Notes: a model not told the origin generated them from the letters alone. Counted from the stretch's first letter, positions 1 through 9,283 are shown. The stretch: 64,000 nt of DNA from Minisyncoccota bacterium (GCA_041665625.1 JBAYIK010000001.1:196341-260340); one strand, 5' to 3'. Translations and numbers: made by a program.

Positions 1-1
1 T

Positions 2-349
2 GCCTCCGTCGGTAAAGATTTTTATGGCGAAAAATTTGATTACTATCTTCGCGCCATTGTAAGTGAGTATGAGCATGTCGCTGAACTAGTTAAGAGCAAC
101 CGAGAAATTTTTGCCGAACTACACGCAACAAATGAATCTCTCTTGATGATCAAGAATGGCCTGACAATGCGCGTTTTAACAGCTCTCGCCTTTATCTTCT
201 TACCTGTTTCCTTAATTGCCTTCATCTTCAGCATGGCCGGCTCCGGCCCCGTTGTCGAATCTTATTTTGGCTGGTATGGTGTAATTGGCTTGATGGTCCT
301 GGCGGCACTAATGACCTCGGGCCTCGCCAAATACAAAAAATGGATTTAG
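2..349 (+). CDS. corA: CorA-family divalent cation transporter, C-terminal part (5' end outside window)
   Basis: Frame is open from base 2: ...ELHATNESLLMIKNGLTMRVLTALAFIFLPVSLIAFIFSM..., the typical CorA stalk plus 2 TM helices. Confidence 0.75.
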   Translation, partial: ASVGKDFYGEKFDYYLRAIVSEYEHVAELVKSNREIFAELHATNESLLMIKNGLTMRVLTALAFIFLPVSLIAFIFSMAGSGPVVESYFGWYGVIGLMVLAALMTSGLAKYKKWI

Positions 350-1587
350 TCTTCTACAATACCCTAACTCGCGTTAAAGAAAAATTTGTCCCAGTTAGCG
401 CTGGGTCTAAAGCTGTGAATCTCTATGTTTGTGGCCCAACGGTCTATAACTATGCTCATATTGGGAACCTGCGATCATACATTTTTGCTGATCTTGTTTA
501 TCGTACGCTCCGCTTTGCCGACTACGATGTGCGCTGGGTCATGAACATTACCGATGTCGATGACAAAACAATCAAGGGAACGATTGCCAAGTATGGAGAA
601 AATGCCGGAGTCAATGAATTAAAAAAATATACTGAAGAGTATACTCAAGCTTTTCTAGCCGATCTGGACAAACTTAATGTGGAGAGAAAAAACATTAAGC
701 TTATCAATGTCACCGAGGTCATTCCCCAAATTCAGAAATTTATTATTGAGTTAATTGATAAGGGCTACGCTTATAAGGCTGACGACGGGAGCACCTACTT
801 CAGCATTGATAAGTACCAGGAAGTTTTTAATAATTATGGCGAACTCGTTGGCGAAAAATTCTTAGAGGGCAAGCAGATTGGGGCCAGAGTAAAAGTAGAC
901 GAATATGAAAAGGACAATTTGAGCGACTTCGCTCTATGGAAAGCGCGGACCCCTGAAGATGGCAACATCTACTGGGATCACGAGACCTTAGGAGAGGGTC
1001 GTCCCGGTTGGCATATTGAATGCTCGGTTATCAACAATGTCGCCTTCGGTGATAAGACCGTTGACATCCACACTGGTGGTGTTGATCTCGCCTTCCCCCA
1101 CCACACCAATGAGATGGCCCAAAGTGAGGCCCATAACGACAAACCCTTTGTGAAATATTGGCTTCATCCGGAGCATCTCCTTGTTGATAATAAAAAAATG
1201 GCCAAATCGTTAAATAATTTTTATACCCTGACCGACATCAAAGACAAACACTTTAACCCTATTAGCTACCGTTACATTCTCTTGCAGTCTAGCTATAAAC
1301 AAACCACTAACTTTACCTGGGAATCACTTGAGGCCGGAGCTCGCGGTTATGAGAATTTGAAAAGTAAAATTTCTCATCTTAAAAAACAAACAAATTTTTT
1401 CAAATTAATATTAGCTAAAATTGACGAAACTTATCTTAAAGATTTTTCAGCCAAAATTGGTGTGATGAATACCGCCGCTGGACTCGCCTCCTTGCAAGGA
1501 GTTCTCTCCGCCAAAGATCTCACCCCAGCCGAGAAACTCAAACTTATCAAAAAATTTGATGAGGTTCTAGGGTTAAGACTTGTATGA
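340..1587 (+). CDS. cysS: Cysteine--tRNA ligase
   Basis: YVCGPTVY, HIGN, DFALWK, GRPGWHIECS, KMAKSLNN motifs. Confidence 0.97.
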   Translation: MDLVFYNTLTRVKEKFVPVSAGSKAVNLYVCGPTVYNYAHIGNLRSYIFADLVYRTLRFADYDVRWVMNITDVDDKTIKGTIAKYGENAGVNELKKYTEEYTQAFLADLDKLNVERKNIKLINVTEVIPQIQKFIIELIDKGYAYKADDGSTYFSIDKYQEVFNNYGELVGEKFLEGKQIGARVKVDEYEKDNLSDFALWKARTPEDGNIYWDHETLGEGRPGWHIECSVINNVAFGDKTVDIHTGGVDLAFPHHTNEMAQSEAHNDKPFVKYWLHPEHLLVDNKKMAKSLNNFYTLTDIKDKHFNPISYRYILLQSSYKQTTNFTWESLEAGARGYENLKSKISHLKKQTNFFKLILAKIDETYLKDFSAKIGVMNTAAGLASLQGVLSAKDLTPAEKLKLIKKFDEVLGLRLV

Positions 1588-1976
1588 TAAAAAATAAATC
1601 TTTAATTCTTAGCCTTATCATTATTGTCATCCTTGGGGGCCTCATCTTCTGGGGTGTTTATTCTGTTCGAAACGCCCCCCATATGGAAGTAACGGGTTTA
1701 ACAGTCAAGGCTTGCCCAAACAAAGATGACAGAGCTTGCTGGCTGCCAGAAGTTATCAATTGCAATATCGGTTCAAAAGTTGGCCCTTTTTATGCTGAAG
1801 ATAACAATAACAAGCCCGTAACTCTTTATGAAAAAATCATAGATAAAGTGACGATCCCCGATGAGAAGGGCCCGGTATGCAAAACAATCATTTACTCCAC
1901 CAGTCACAACGACTGGAAAGGTTCGTTTAATTACTACGGCCAAGACGGAGAACATCTCCCTCGGATAAGGTATTAA
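1584..1976 (+). CDS. Hypothetical membrane-anchored protein with 4 Cys
   Basis: ATGA overlap with cysS stop; N-terminal TM helix. Confidence 0.7.
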   Translation: MIKNKSLILSLIIIVILGGLIFWGVYSVRNAPHMEVTGLTVKACPNKDDRACWLPEVINCNIGSKVGPFYAEDNNNKPVTLYEKIIDKVTIPDEKGPVCKTIIYSTSHNDWKGSFNYYGQDGEHLPRIRY

Positions 1977-1991
1977 AATTAAAAAAACAAA

Positions 1992-2023
1992 CCGTCTTGC
2001 GTCCCCGAAGGGTCGCAAGACGG
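1992..2023 (-). terminator. Intrinsic terminator (CCGTCTTGCG...CGCAAGACGG, UUCG loop on minus strand)
   Basis: Inverted repeat next to an A-run on + (U-run on -), between convergent genes. Confidence 0.7.
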
Positions 2024-2043
2024 TAAAACACGAGGGGGCGCAG

Positions 2044-2328
2044 TCAATCATTGACGAGGTTCCTGATGGACTCATGTCTCATCAAGCGCTTCCGAAAGAC
2101 AAGAAACGCGATGTTCCAAAGGGCCCAAGCCAAAGTAAAGGTGGAAACTGCCCCGACGACCAAAGGCAAACCAGGATGACCGGCTGTTCCAAGGAGAATG
2201 TCAAAAGTGATGACAAACCCCCCGAAGACGAAGAGATACAGAATCCCTACCGGCCAAACATTGAATGGCAGGCCTATGGCGAGGGTCAGTATCACGACCT
2301 GTTTCAAAACGGCCTTTTCGATCCTCAT
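2044..2328 (-). CDS. Small GC-rich integral membrane protein (orphan unit)
   Basis: 3 hydrophobic segments; GGGAG SD; promoter TTGACA(2419-2414)-17-TACAGT(2396-2391); downstream terminator. Confidence 0.7.
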   Translation of the reverse strand: MRIEKAVLKQVVILTLAIGLPFNVWPVGILYLFVFGGFVITFDILLGTAGHPGLPLVVGAVSTFTLAWALWNIAFLVFRKRLMRHESIRNLVND

Positions 2329-2546
2329 GTGACTCTCTCCCTATTTCTGAGCGCTTTAAGCACTTGGTTGTAAACGTGGTATCTCTTTTTACTGTACATC
2401 TTTTATCAGTATTTGTCAATAATTAGAGTGGTCCAGAGCTCTTTATTGACAAAATGCTCAAACTATGTCAGGAATGAGGACAGAGAACTGTTCTCTACAA
2501 TTTGTGACTTAAGTTTTTTCTCGACACTTCACGGAAGGAGTGAACT

Positions 2547-4304
2547 ATGGAAACGCCACTGGAAACGATGCAGATGGACATAGGTCTTTTGTTTGTCTTC
2601 GCCGCGCTGTTCGGGCTAATCTTCAAGATAGCTCGGCAGCCCATGATCCCCGCCTTCGTCTTGGCTGGGGTTATCGCTGGTCCGCTCGGCCTCGGCTGGG
2701 TGACCAGAGTGGAGACAACCTACGACCTTTCCGAAATCGCGGTCACGATCATGCTGTTCGTGATCGGGATCGAGATGGATTTGAGCCGACTAAAGAAATT
2801 GGGGCTGGTCGCCGTTGGTGGCGGACTGCTCCAAGTCCTCATCACTGGGGTCATCGGCTTCGGTCTGGCCAAAGTCTTAGGAATGAGCTACATCGCCGGT
2901 TTCTATATAGGCGCGGCGGTATCATTCTCGTCGACAATGTTGGTCGTCAAGGTGTTGGGTGAGAAGTATGACCTGAACACCCTCTACGGGCGCATCAGTA
3001 TAGGTATCCTAGTGATGCAAGACGTGCTGGCGATCTTCGCCCTGTCAGCCCTGACCACCGCTGACAACTTCTCATTCGACGAGCTCTTGTCGCGAGGCAC
3101 TGCGGCAGCGGGGTTGATACTCCTGATCGTCTTCGTTTGTGGGCAATGGGTTTTCCCGCGCCTGTTCAAATGTGTGGCCCGGGAAAGAGAGACCCTGTTC
3201 GTTGTCGCCATGGGCCTCGTATTCGTCTGCGCATTCTATGCCACACGGACGAAGTTGACCATGGGCATTGGTTCGTTCCTCGCGGGTCTCTCAATGGCGC
3301 GCCTGGCTTATCAGCATGAGCTGATTGGCGACTTCAAGGCACTGAAGGGGTTCTTCACAGTCCTCTTCTTCGCGGCCTTGGGGTTGCAATTAGCCCCGGC
3401 GACAGAAGGAGCGTCACTCGCATCCTTTGGCCTGGTGATATACAGTCACCTGGCCCTCATCGTCCTGATGAGTGTAGTCGTGATTGTTGTAAAGCCCTTG
3501 CTCGTAATGCTGATCGTCAGTGTGTTCGGCTACGAGCGCTCGTCGGCGTTCAACACGGGTTTGGCCCTCGGCCAGTTGTCGGAGTTTAGCCTGGTGCTCG
3601 TGGCCCAGGGCATAGCCCAGAAACACCTGCCCGCAAATCTGCTACCGCCCTTCATCGTGGTGACGGTCGTATCCATGACCATCTCTTCGTACCTCCTGAA
3701 GTACAATCTGTCGCTCTACCAACGGGTGCGTTCGCACCTCCAGTGGCTCGACAAGTTGGCGTTCTGGAGACAAGCACCACCGGAGCAAGAGACTCCGATA
3801 GAGTGTGACATCATCTTGGCGGGAGTAGACCGTCTGGGCAAATCCGTGGAGCGGGCCTTGAGGGACCGAGGGGACAAGTACATGACCTTCGACCACAACC
3901 CCGATATCTATGGTGACCTGCTAAGAGACGGCGTCCCTTGTCGCTTTGGAGATGTCTGCTGCGAGGAAGTCCGCGACGGAATTGATCTGGCCAAGGTCAA
4001 AACGGTCATCTCGACCATACCAGACGTCAACGACAACGGCGTGCTGCTGAACCACCTGAGGCGGGACAATCCCGAGGCGAATTACGTCGCCATCACGTCC
4101 TCGAACCGGACGGCCCTCGGTCTCTATGAGCGGGGGGTCCACCTCGTCATAGTTACGCACATGCTGGCGGCGGCCGCTCTGGGCTGTGCTCGGGGAGCAA
4201 CTGTCCCCGATCTGAGCATTGAGATGCTCCTCAAGCCCGGCGAAGAGCTCCGGAAGAAGGGGCAGGAACACCGTCAGAGGCTCCTCGAGGAGAGCAAGAA
4301 GTAG
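2547..4304 (+). CDS. CPA2/Kef-type cation:proton antiporter with C-terminal TrkA-N (RCK_N)-like domain
   Basis: SFSSTMLVVK, GILVMQD, GQLSEFSLV motifs; ~12 TM; AAGGAG SD; visibly GC-richer than flanks. Confidence 0.92.
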   Translation: METPLETMQMDIGLLFVFAALFGLIFKIARQPMIPAFVLAGVIAGPLGLGWVTRVETTYDLSEIAVTIMLFVIGIEMDLSRLKKLGLVAVGGGLLQVLITGVIGFGLAKVLGMSYIAGFYIGAAVSFSSTMLVVKVLGEKYDLNTLYGRISIGILVMQDVLAIFALSALTTADNFSFDELLSRGTAAAGLILLIVFVCGQWVFPRLFKCVARERETLFVVAMGLVFVCAFYATRTKLTMGIGSFLAGLSMARLAYQHELIGDFKALKGFFTVLFFAALGLQLAPATEGASLASFGLVIYSHLALIVLMSVVVIVVKPLLVMLIVSVFGYERSSAFNTGLALGQLSEFSLVLVAQGIAQKHLPANLLPPFIVVTVVSMTISSYLLKYNLSLYQRVRSHLQWLDKLAFWRQAPPEQETPIECDIILAGVDRLGKSVERALRDRGDKYMTFDHNPDIYGDLLRDGVPCRFGDVCCEEVRDGIDLAKVKTVISTIPDVNDNGVLLNHLRRDNPEANYVAITSSNRTALGLYERGVHLVIVTHMLAAAALGCARGATVPDLSIEMLLKPGEELRKKGQEHRQRLLEESKK

Positions 4305-4326
4305 TCACAAAACGCGTTCGTTCGAA

Positions 4327-4353
4327 GGGGGCCCTCATCGGGGGTCCCCTTTT
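4327..4353 (+). terminator. Intrinsic terminator of antiporter gene
   Basis: GGGGGCCCTC...GGGGGTCCCC followed by TTTT. Confidence 0.6.
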
Positions 4354-4447
4354 CCTATCCCTGGGTTATGCACCATTATTCCCCAGAAGACTAGTTTGCA
4401 AGACTTGGCTTTTGAATTGGTCAATGTGATAGAATAGACACATGGCC

Positions 4448-4574
4448 TCCCGTTAGAAGCCGCGATAATGGGTTGGAGGCAATATTTAATGAATATGAAA
4501 AAAATATTATTAGTCTCAGTAGTCGGATTAATTATGAGCAATAATGCGAAGAGCATTATCTGCTTCTAACGGGA
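4448..4574. mobile_element. 127-bp MITE-like element with terminal inverted repeats, at the dnaB start codon
   Basis: TIR TCCCGTTAGAAGC (4448-4460) / GCTTCTAACGGGA (4562-4574); flanked by direct repeat TGGCC (4443-4447, 4575-4579). Confidence 0.75.
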
Positions 4575-5950
4575 TGGCCGTCAACAAACAACCTTTTGCC
4601 AACAAGCAACCCTTCGCCGGGACAAAATTACGAATCCCTCCCAATGATCAAGATGCTGAACAAGCGCTCTTGGGTTCTGTGATGATTAGCCCTAAGAGTT
4701 TGGGTGAGATTGCCGACTTTCTAAAACCAGAGGATTTTTATTCTATTCGTCATCACAAAATTTATAATGCTATGCTCGACTTGGCCGACGTTGGCCAACC
4801 TGTCGATATTGTCTCAGTCTCATCTAAACTTAAAGACAAAGGCCTCTTAGAGAGTGTCGGGGGTTCGAGTTATATCGCTGAGATTGCGGGCAAGGTTCCC
4901 TCTGCCGCCAACATTGGTCATTATGCCGAACTTGTTCACAAAAAATCTGCCCTACGTAGTCTCATTACTTCAGCCGATGAAATTTCTGAACTTGGCTATA
5001 AAGAAAACGAGGATGTCAGCGACGTTCTTGATCGAGCCCAGAAAATTATTTTTAATCTTGGTTCTTACGCTACTAAGAAAATCGTCAACTTGAAAGATGC
5101 CCTGGCAGAGGCCTGGGAACGCTTCGACCACCTGAGCAAAACTGAAGGCGAGATCCGAGGGGTCTCCACTGGGTTCAAAGGTCTTGATGATAAACTCGCT
5201 GGCTTACAAAAATCTGATTTAATTATTCTCGCGGCTCGCCCATCAATGGGTAAGACTTCGCTCGCCCTAGATATTGCCCGCCATGCCGCTTGTCGCAATA
5301 AAGTGCCAACGCTTATCTTTTCACTCGAAATGAGTACCCAACAACTAACTGACCGCCTGCTCTCCGCCGAGAGCTTCGTCGACTCCTGGAAATTGCGCAC
5401 TGGGGCTATCCGCGCCGATGAAGATTTTGCTCGCTTGCGTGACGCCCTAGATTCACTCGCTCAAGCCCCAATCTTTATTGACGATGAACCTTCTAATAAT
5501 ATTCTCCGCATGAAGTCTGAGGCCCGCAAACTTAAAGCCGAACATGGCTTAGGTCTTATCGTTGTCGACTACCTCCAGCTCATGGTCCCCCGCACCCAAT
5601 CAGATTCTTTAGTGCAACAAATCACCGAGGTCTCACGATCGCTAAAAGCGCTCGCCCGTGAAATTGACGTGCCAGTGCTTGCTCTCTCTCAACTAAACCG
5701 TGCCGTTGAGCAACGTGGTGGCAAGCCTCGCCTCTCCGACTTGCGTGACTCAGGCTCTATCGAACAGGATGCTGACGTAGTACTCTTCATCCATCGTGAG
5801 AAAGATGAGACCAGTAACGAGAAAAACAGCCTGGCCGAGATCATGATTGAGAAGCACCGCAACGGCCCCACTGGGAAAGTGGATCTCTACTTCGACGCCC
5901 AACGCACCAGCTTCTCCGATATTGAAAAGGGCGATTTTGGAACTTTTTAA
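4574..5950 (+). CDS. dnaB: Replicative DNA helicase
   Basis: AEQALLG, AARPSMGKT Walker A, VDYLQLM, LSQLNR, DLRDSGSIEQDAD; start taken at MAVNKQ (4574). Confidence 0.97.
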   Translation: MAVNKQPFANKQPFAGTKLRIPPNDQDAEQALLGSVMISPKSLGEIADFLKPEDFYSIRHHKIYNAMLDLADVGQPVDIVSVSSKLKDKGLLESVGGSSYIAEIAGKVPSAANIGHYAELVHKKSALRSLITSADEISELGYKENEDVSDVLDRAQKIIFNLGSYATKKIVNLKDALAEAWERFDHLSKTEGEIRGVSTGFKGLDDKLAGLQKSDLIILAARPSMGKTSLALDIARHAACRNKVPTLIFSLEMSTQQLTDRLLSAESFVDSWKLRTGAIRADEDFARLRDALDSLAQAPIFIDDEPSNNILRMKSEARKLKAEHGLGLIVVDYLQLMVPRTQSDSLVQQITEVSRSLKALAREIDVPVLALSQLNRAVEQRGGKPRLSDLRDSGSIEQDADVVLFIHREKDETSNEKNSLAEIMIEKHRNGPTGKVDLYFDAQRTSFSDIEKGDFGTF

Positions 5951-5960
5951 AATTTAAAAA

Positions 5961-6059
5961 ATGAGGGTCTGCGTCTGGCTTTTTGAAAATGTCTGGCCGA
6001 AGGCGAAGCCTCAGGAGATCCGAGGACTTTTCAAAAAGCCGGAGGCTGGCCCGAATCAT
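5961..6059. repeat. ~100-nt long imperfect hairpin with GCGAAGC apex
   Basis: GGCTTTTTGAAAA (5977-5989) / TTTTCAAAAAGCC (6028-6040); apex AGGCGAAGCCT (6001-6011). Confidence 0.7.
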
Positions 6060-6073
6060 CACTTGAATTCATT

Positions 6074-6694
6074 ATGGACCCCATCAATCAATTAACCGAT
6101 TTATTTAAAAAATTTCCCGGCATTGGCCCTCGCCAAGCCCGGCGTTTTGTTTATTATCTACTATCGGCCGACCAGAATATTGTTGACCAAATGAGTGAGA
6201 AAATTAAAAATCTCAAACAATCAATTAAACAATGTTCCGAGTGCCAACGCTATTTTAGCAATAGCTATAATGCAAAAAATAGCCTATGCAAAATCTGCGC
6301 TGATGGATCACGAGACAAAGGTAGTCTCTTAATTGTCGAGAAAGATATCGACCTTGAGGCCGTTGAGCGGTCCGGCTCCTATAAAGGTTATTACTTTGTG
6401 CTCGGTGGGTCTGTCCCAATATTAGACCCCAATCCAGAAACCCACGTGCGCTTCCCTATTTTACTTTCCCTTTTAGAAAAAAAGATTAGCGAAGGTTTGA
6501 GCGAAATTATTGTCGCTCTCGCCGTCACCACCGAAGGTGAACATACCGCCCACTGGTTAGCGGCCAAACTGCATCCCTTAGCCCTCCAAGCTAAAATAAA
6601 AATTTCCTTCCCCGGCCGCGGTCTCTCCACGGGCAGCGAGTTAGAATATGCCGACTCCGAGACAATCAAAAATGCTCTAAAAAATCGGCAGTAA
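6074..6694 (+). CDS. recR: Recombination mediator RecR
   Basis: FPGIGPRQARR HhH, CxxC...CxxC zinc finger, Toprim region, GSELEYAD. Confidence 0.95.
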   Translation: MDPINQLTDLFKKFPGIGPRQARRFVYYLLSADQNIVDQMSEKIKNLKQSIKQCSECQRYFSNSYNAKNSLCKICADGSRDKGSLLIVEKDIDLEAVERSGSYKGYYFVLGGSVPILDPNPETHVRFPILLSLLEKKISEGLSEIIVALAVTTEGEHTAHWLAAKLHPLALQAKIKISFPGRGLSTGSELEYADSETIKNALKNRQ

Positions 6695-6720
6695 GATTTC
6701 TCTCACTGCCGATTTTTTAT

Positions 6721-6786
6721 TTACTTGACCTTCACCTTCTTAGGCTTCTTGGTCTCGCGTCGTTGTTTATCACTTCCTTTGGCCAT
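6721..6786 (-). CDS. 21-aa basic microprotein MAKGSDKQRRETKKPKKVKVK
   Basis: Translated by hand; A/T-rich upstream region; resembles widespread MAKG...KKPK small basic peptides. Confidence 0.6.
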   Translation of the reverse strand: MAKGSDKQRRETKKPKKVKVK

Positions 6787-6880
6787 ATATTTTTATTTAT
6801 TAATAATAATTGAACTTTTTACAATTATATTATAACAAAGCTAGAAAATTATTTCTATTTTTTATGCACTCAAAGTCCAA

Positions 6881-7117
6881 TTAAACTTCTGCGTGATAAG
6901 AAGGTAACCAGTCCATAAGACGACGACGATGTTTGTCGATAGTCCAAGTTTTTTTATCATCAAAAAGAACAGCGTGCGTCGCTTGGAATTGCTCTAAGGC
7001 GGCCACCGTTGCTCGAGGATGGGACTCCGGGATATTCTGGTTATAATAAAGGACAAAAGCCTCTAAGGAAGTCTCAACGAAGTTCTTTTCTTGCTCTGCT
7101 TTATAGTTAAATTTCAC
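6881..7117 (-). CDS. Hypothetical protein
   Basis: 78-aa ORF; TATAAT 6 nt upstream of GTG (leaderless-type). Confidence 0.7.
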   Translation of the reverse strand: MKFNYKAEQEKNFVETSLEAFVLYYNQNIPESHPRATVAALEQFQATHAVLFDDKKTWTIDKHRRRLMDWLPSYHAEV

Positions 7118-7163
7118 CCTTACATTATATCACAAATCTTCTTGCTTTACAATGTTTTCCCTT

Positions 7164-8018
7164 TTATCTAACGATAACAAGACTATTATCAAAACGGGCC
7201 CAATCAATCAAAAAAGAACGTCGGCTCAACTTCAAGCGACCAGCCGTAGGATCGTTGATGATTAAATAACTTGGATTATCATCATCACCCTCGTAACCAA
7301 TAATCGTTCTCACGTGCTCACCTGTCCAAGCCTTGATGGTTTTGCCTTCAAGCGTCTGCCACGGATCAAAAGTCATGTTACTCTTGGCCACACCCCAATA
7401 AATTACGGGGTGACCCGCCTTAAGTTCGCGGACAATGTCAGCATAAGTAGCACCACTCTGACCCTCACTCTCTGGCCTCCACGCTTGGGCCAAATCTCTA
7501 ATTACCGGCCAATGAACACCATAACCGGTCGTGTTTTGGGCCCCATCGATAGAGCCAACAAACTCTTTGTCTGGATCCCCCCAAATATTACCAATGCGCG
7601 GGGCTGGGTTAATAGGCATAATCTCAATAATGTCACTCTCATTAATTTTTACTCCGACACCGGCCAAAGCCATACGCAAGGCGGCAATTTCACAGGACAA
7701 ACTGTGTTGCTGATAATAGAGCGGGATAGGCAAGACAAATCGATTAACAACGGGTTCTTCAATTTTTATCTCAGGTTTAAGTTCTTTTGTCGTTGTTGAA
7801 CTAAAGGTAGAGAAACTGCCTTCATTTTTAGCTAAAACCGGTTCAGCTTTCAAAACTCGCTTAGTCTTCAGCACTGACTCATCCACCAAAGCTTCAACCC
7901 TTGTCTCTTGATTAAAATAAAGAAAACAAAAAGCCGCCGCCTCGGCGAATAAAATCAAAAAAATAATTAAGACAATTGTTTGTCTTTTCACACTATAATT
8001 ATAAAACAAAATCACCAA
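7164..8018 (-). CDS. Membrane-anchored C39-like (Peptidase_C39_2) cysteine peptidase
   Basis: QQHSLSCEIAAL, GDPDKEFVG, EHVRTIIGY, INDP catalytic motifs; true start may be GTG near 7991. Confidence 0.85.
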   Translation of the reverse strand: MVILFYNYSVKRQTIVLIIFLILFAEAAAFCFLYFNQETRVEALVDESVLKTKRVLKAEPVLAKNEGSFSTFSSTTTKELKPEIKIEEPVVNRFVLPIPLYYQQHSLSCEIAALRMALAGVGVKINESDIIEIMPINPAPRIGNIWGDPDKEFVGSIDGAQNTTGYGVHWPVIRDLAQAWRPESEGQSGATYADIVRELKAGHPVIYWGVAKSNMTFDPWQTLEGKTIKAWTGEHVRTIIGYEGDDDNPSYLIINDPTAGRLKLSRRSFLIDWARFDNSLVIVR

Positions 8019-8158
8019 TAATAAAACGAATTACTAATAATTTTCTAAAATAATAATTACTTAAACATTGACAAAGCACTAAAAGAATGCTAATAATTAG
8101 AGCGGAAACGCTCATACCGAGCGCTGATCCTAAGTTTGAACAGAAGGAGATGATAACC

Positions 8159-8518
8159 GTGCCTCTGCAACAGCAATTTGTCAGGGAGGCCGCCGGCCTC
8201 ACCGACGACCAGATCGGGGCGGCCAACGAGAGCCTGCCCGAGAAAGTAGACGGGGAGGTGGTCCTCGCGGTCTTGGAAGGAGACCTCAGTCGTTTCGTGG
8301 CCCTTTCCCTCCACAAGGTCAACGCCATGGAAGATTGGTCCAAAGACCCCGCGATCAAGACCCCCGCACAGAAGGTTGCCTTCCAGAGGCAGACCGAAAT
8401 CCTGGCCCGTTGGGTCTGGGACGAGGTCGAGTATGCCTTCCCGGAGACCGCCAGGAAGGAAGGGCCTTACGCCCACAGCCTACGCCGCGGTTGGAAAGTC
8501 GTCCTCCCCTCGAAGTAA
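8159..8518 (+). CDS. GC-rich orphan protein, probable paralog of 11248..11652
   Basis: AAGGAG (8144-8149) then GTG 8159; TTGACA at 8068; terminator TGGCCGTCCTCT...AGAGGGCGGCCA after stop. Confidence 0.75.
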   Translation: MPLQQQFVREAAGLTDDQIGAANESLPEKVDGEVVLAVLEGDLSRFVALSLHKVNAMEDWSKDPAIKTPAQKVAFQRQTEILARWVWDEVEYAFPETARKEGPYAHSLRRGWKVVLPSK

Positions 8519-8574
8519 ATCAGCTCCAGTCCTGGCCGTCCTCTCCTAGAGGGCGGCCAAACTTTTTATAAAAA

Positions 8575-8814
8575 TTATTTAATTAGCTTTAACTTCTCAG
8601 CTCGTGACAATTTCTTCATTTCTGCTTCAGCTTGCGAGGCCAGAGAACGGCCCTTAAATTTTTTGGAGTAAACCAATTTTACCGGGCGACGAGCCGCCGT
8701 ATATTTGGCCCCCAACTTGCCACCATTATGCTCCCCCACTCGCCGCTTAAGATCCGTGGTTATCCCGGTGTAGAGAGTCTTATCAGCGCATTCAAGGATA
8801 TAAAGATAATACAT
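8575..8814 (-). CDS. GIY-YIG nuclease family protein (UPF0213-like)
   Basis: YYLYILECAD..LYTGITTDLKRRV.EHN, GAKYT, AEAEMKKL. Confidence 0.92.
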   Translation of the reverse strand: MYYLYILECADKTLYTGITTDLKRRVGEHNGGKLGAKYTAARRPVKLVYSKKFKGRSLASQAEAEMKKLSRAEKLKLIK

Positions 8815-8871
8815 CTATTAAATTTAATTATAGCATTGATTTTTAAGATATACTGTGAGAACATTATATAT

Positions 8872-9273
8872 ATGGAATCAATAGAAAGTATCCTAAACAA
8901 TGACTGGCCCGAGAAACGGGCAACAAAAAAAGAGGGGCCAAAGACCGCTTTCGAACTTCTCGCGCAAGAGTTTGATGGAGACATGGACTTAGCCGAGAGA
9001 CGTCTGTCTGATTTTAGAGATAAATCCAGAGGAGATATAAACAATATGACCCCCTCGGGCCGCAAGAGCTGTCGCCTCTATGCAATTATATTCCTAACTC
9101 TCTACCAAGGGACCAAGCAGGGTGGTAAATATTTCTACTCAGGAATCAGCGGGCAAGGAGTAACTCCCCTACTCAATTTTGCCAAAAATGTTATTGCTAA
9201 TACCCCCGAGTTAGAAGCCGAAATTCCTAGCCGCGGATTGGGAGAGCTATTAGCTGACAGAGAGGCAGCCTAA
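8872..9273 (+). CDS. Hypothetical protein
   Basis: Start MESIES at 8872 within the 8632..9273 frame; divergent from GIY-YIG gene. Confidence 0.6.
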   Translation: MESIESILNNDWPEKRATKKEGPKTAFELLAQEFDGDMDLAERRLSDFRDKSRGDINNMTPSGRKSCRLYAIIFLTLYQGTKQGGKYFYSGISGQGVTPLLNFAKNVIANTPELEAEIPSRGLGELLADREAA

Positions 9274-9283
9274 GAAAATTAGA

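Noticed and set aside
2074-2373. 99-aa plus-strand ORF
   Set aside because: Shadow of the minus-strand membrane gene, which has promoter, SD and terminator
4544-4573. dnaB N-terminal extension MRRALSASNG
   Set aside because: Lies inside the inserted inverted-repeat element; the ancestral start is ATGGCC
4583-4618. 18-bp tandem duplication (NKQPFA x2) at the DnaB N-terminus
   Set aside because: Real, but a simple slippage duplication in a variable tail; no sign of a larger system
5961-6059. SRP (4.5S) RNA, suggested by the position upstream of recR
   Set aside because: Lacks the conserved domain IV motif (CAGG...GGAA...AGCAG) on either strand
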